A model generated the notes under the pieces. That model was not told the origin of the DNA. It searched no databases and saw nothing but the letters and a program-made list of their open reading frames with translations. A DNA stretch of 64,000 nucleotides from Chiloscyllium plagiosum (lineage: Eukaryota). Each line of letters begins with the position of its first letter. The stretch's first letter is position 1. The stretch spans positions 85,760,283 through 85,824,282 of the forward strand of contig NC_057718.1 of NCBI RefSeq assembly GCF_004010195.1, written 5' to 3'. This document shows, one piece after another, positions 63,221 to 64,000 of the stretch. The translations under genes and the position numbers were made by a program.

Positions 63221-64000
63221 CACATCTTAATCACAGCCATTGCCGTCGTCAATTGTGTCTGACTCGATTATAAATAGAGGCAATGTGAAAAAGCCATAAA
63301 TCGAGAATGGTTTACGCTACCAGTCAGAAAAACCTTGTAACTCAACTGGCAAATTAGCTGTTCTTGGGCAAAATGAATGATATCACTCAGTACATATGCT
63401 CTGTATACAAACACTGACTGTTTTTATACAAACAGGACAATTGACGTTCTATGAAATGCTATTGTTAGAATTTTAAATGAATTCATTCTTAAGATGTGAA
63501 GAGTGTTACTTGCAGGGTCGCTACTTCTTGGCCAGCCCTTGACATTTTGGAAAAGCGATGGGGAGGACTTTTTTGTTCAGCCACTGCTGCAGCATTTGGA
63601 CACAGTGGTTTGTGTGGGCACTCCATGGGCAGTTGCACTAGTGTGGGACTGAAATCACCTATCAGCCAGACTGTTAAGGTCAAAAGATTTCCTTCCCTGC
63701 AGGACAGTGGACCAGCTGGGTGTTTACAACAATCCTAGAGCTTCATGATCATTTTAACCAGTGTTTTAAACAAAAACTTTGAAAAACAAATGTAATTCAA
63801 AATTTCAAGCCTCAGTGGTACGGTTTGAACTGACATTAGCTTGATTATTCATCCAGTGAGTTTCTGCATCAATGTTCTCCCACTGATGTAATTACAAAAA
63901 TACTTTATCAGTTAAATTGCTTTCTCTTGTCAGGCGACCAGCATTTCCAATGTTTCCGTTTCATTGGTGACATAGGTAGAAACCCCAACTAATAATGCCT

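Overview
Vertebrate genomic DNA from a cartilaginous fish. HE1/V-SINEs, CR1 (HER1-type) LINEs and Deu-domain SINEs point to an elasmobranch. One host gene is supported: SYNDIG1 on the minus strand. Its three coding exons (58147-57665, 42452-42315, 15811-15653) are joined by phase-0 GT-AG introns and give a 259-aa CD225/dispanin-family protein. The promoter and first non-coding exon were not identified and may lie beyond the right edge. Much of the rest is transposon debris: CR1, L2-like and Rex1/Babar LINEs, Penelope-like elements (PLEs), a decayed PIF/Harbinger transposase, two solo LTRs and several SINE families, including a five-layer nested insertion. The most interesting signal is about a dozen dispersed copies, in three sequence families, of a minimal type-I hammerhead ribozyme motif (CUGANGA-stem II-GAAA-palindromic stem III-UH). 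These sit in PLE terminal repeats and in short stand-alone or palindromic derivatives. One copy (47291-47324) has a fully intact catalytic core, and most of the others have been knocked out by CpG decay. There is a 257-N assembly gap at 47512-47768. Repeat boundaries are read by eye and are approximate; family names come from recalled consensus sequences, not from a database search.
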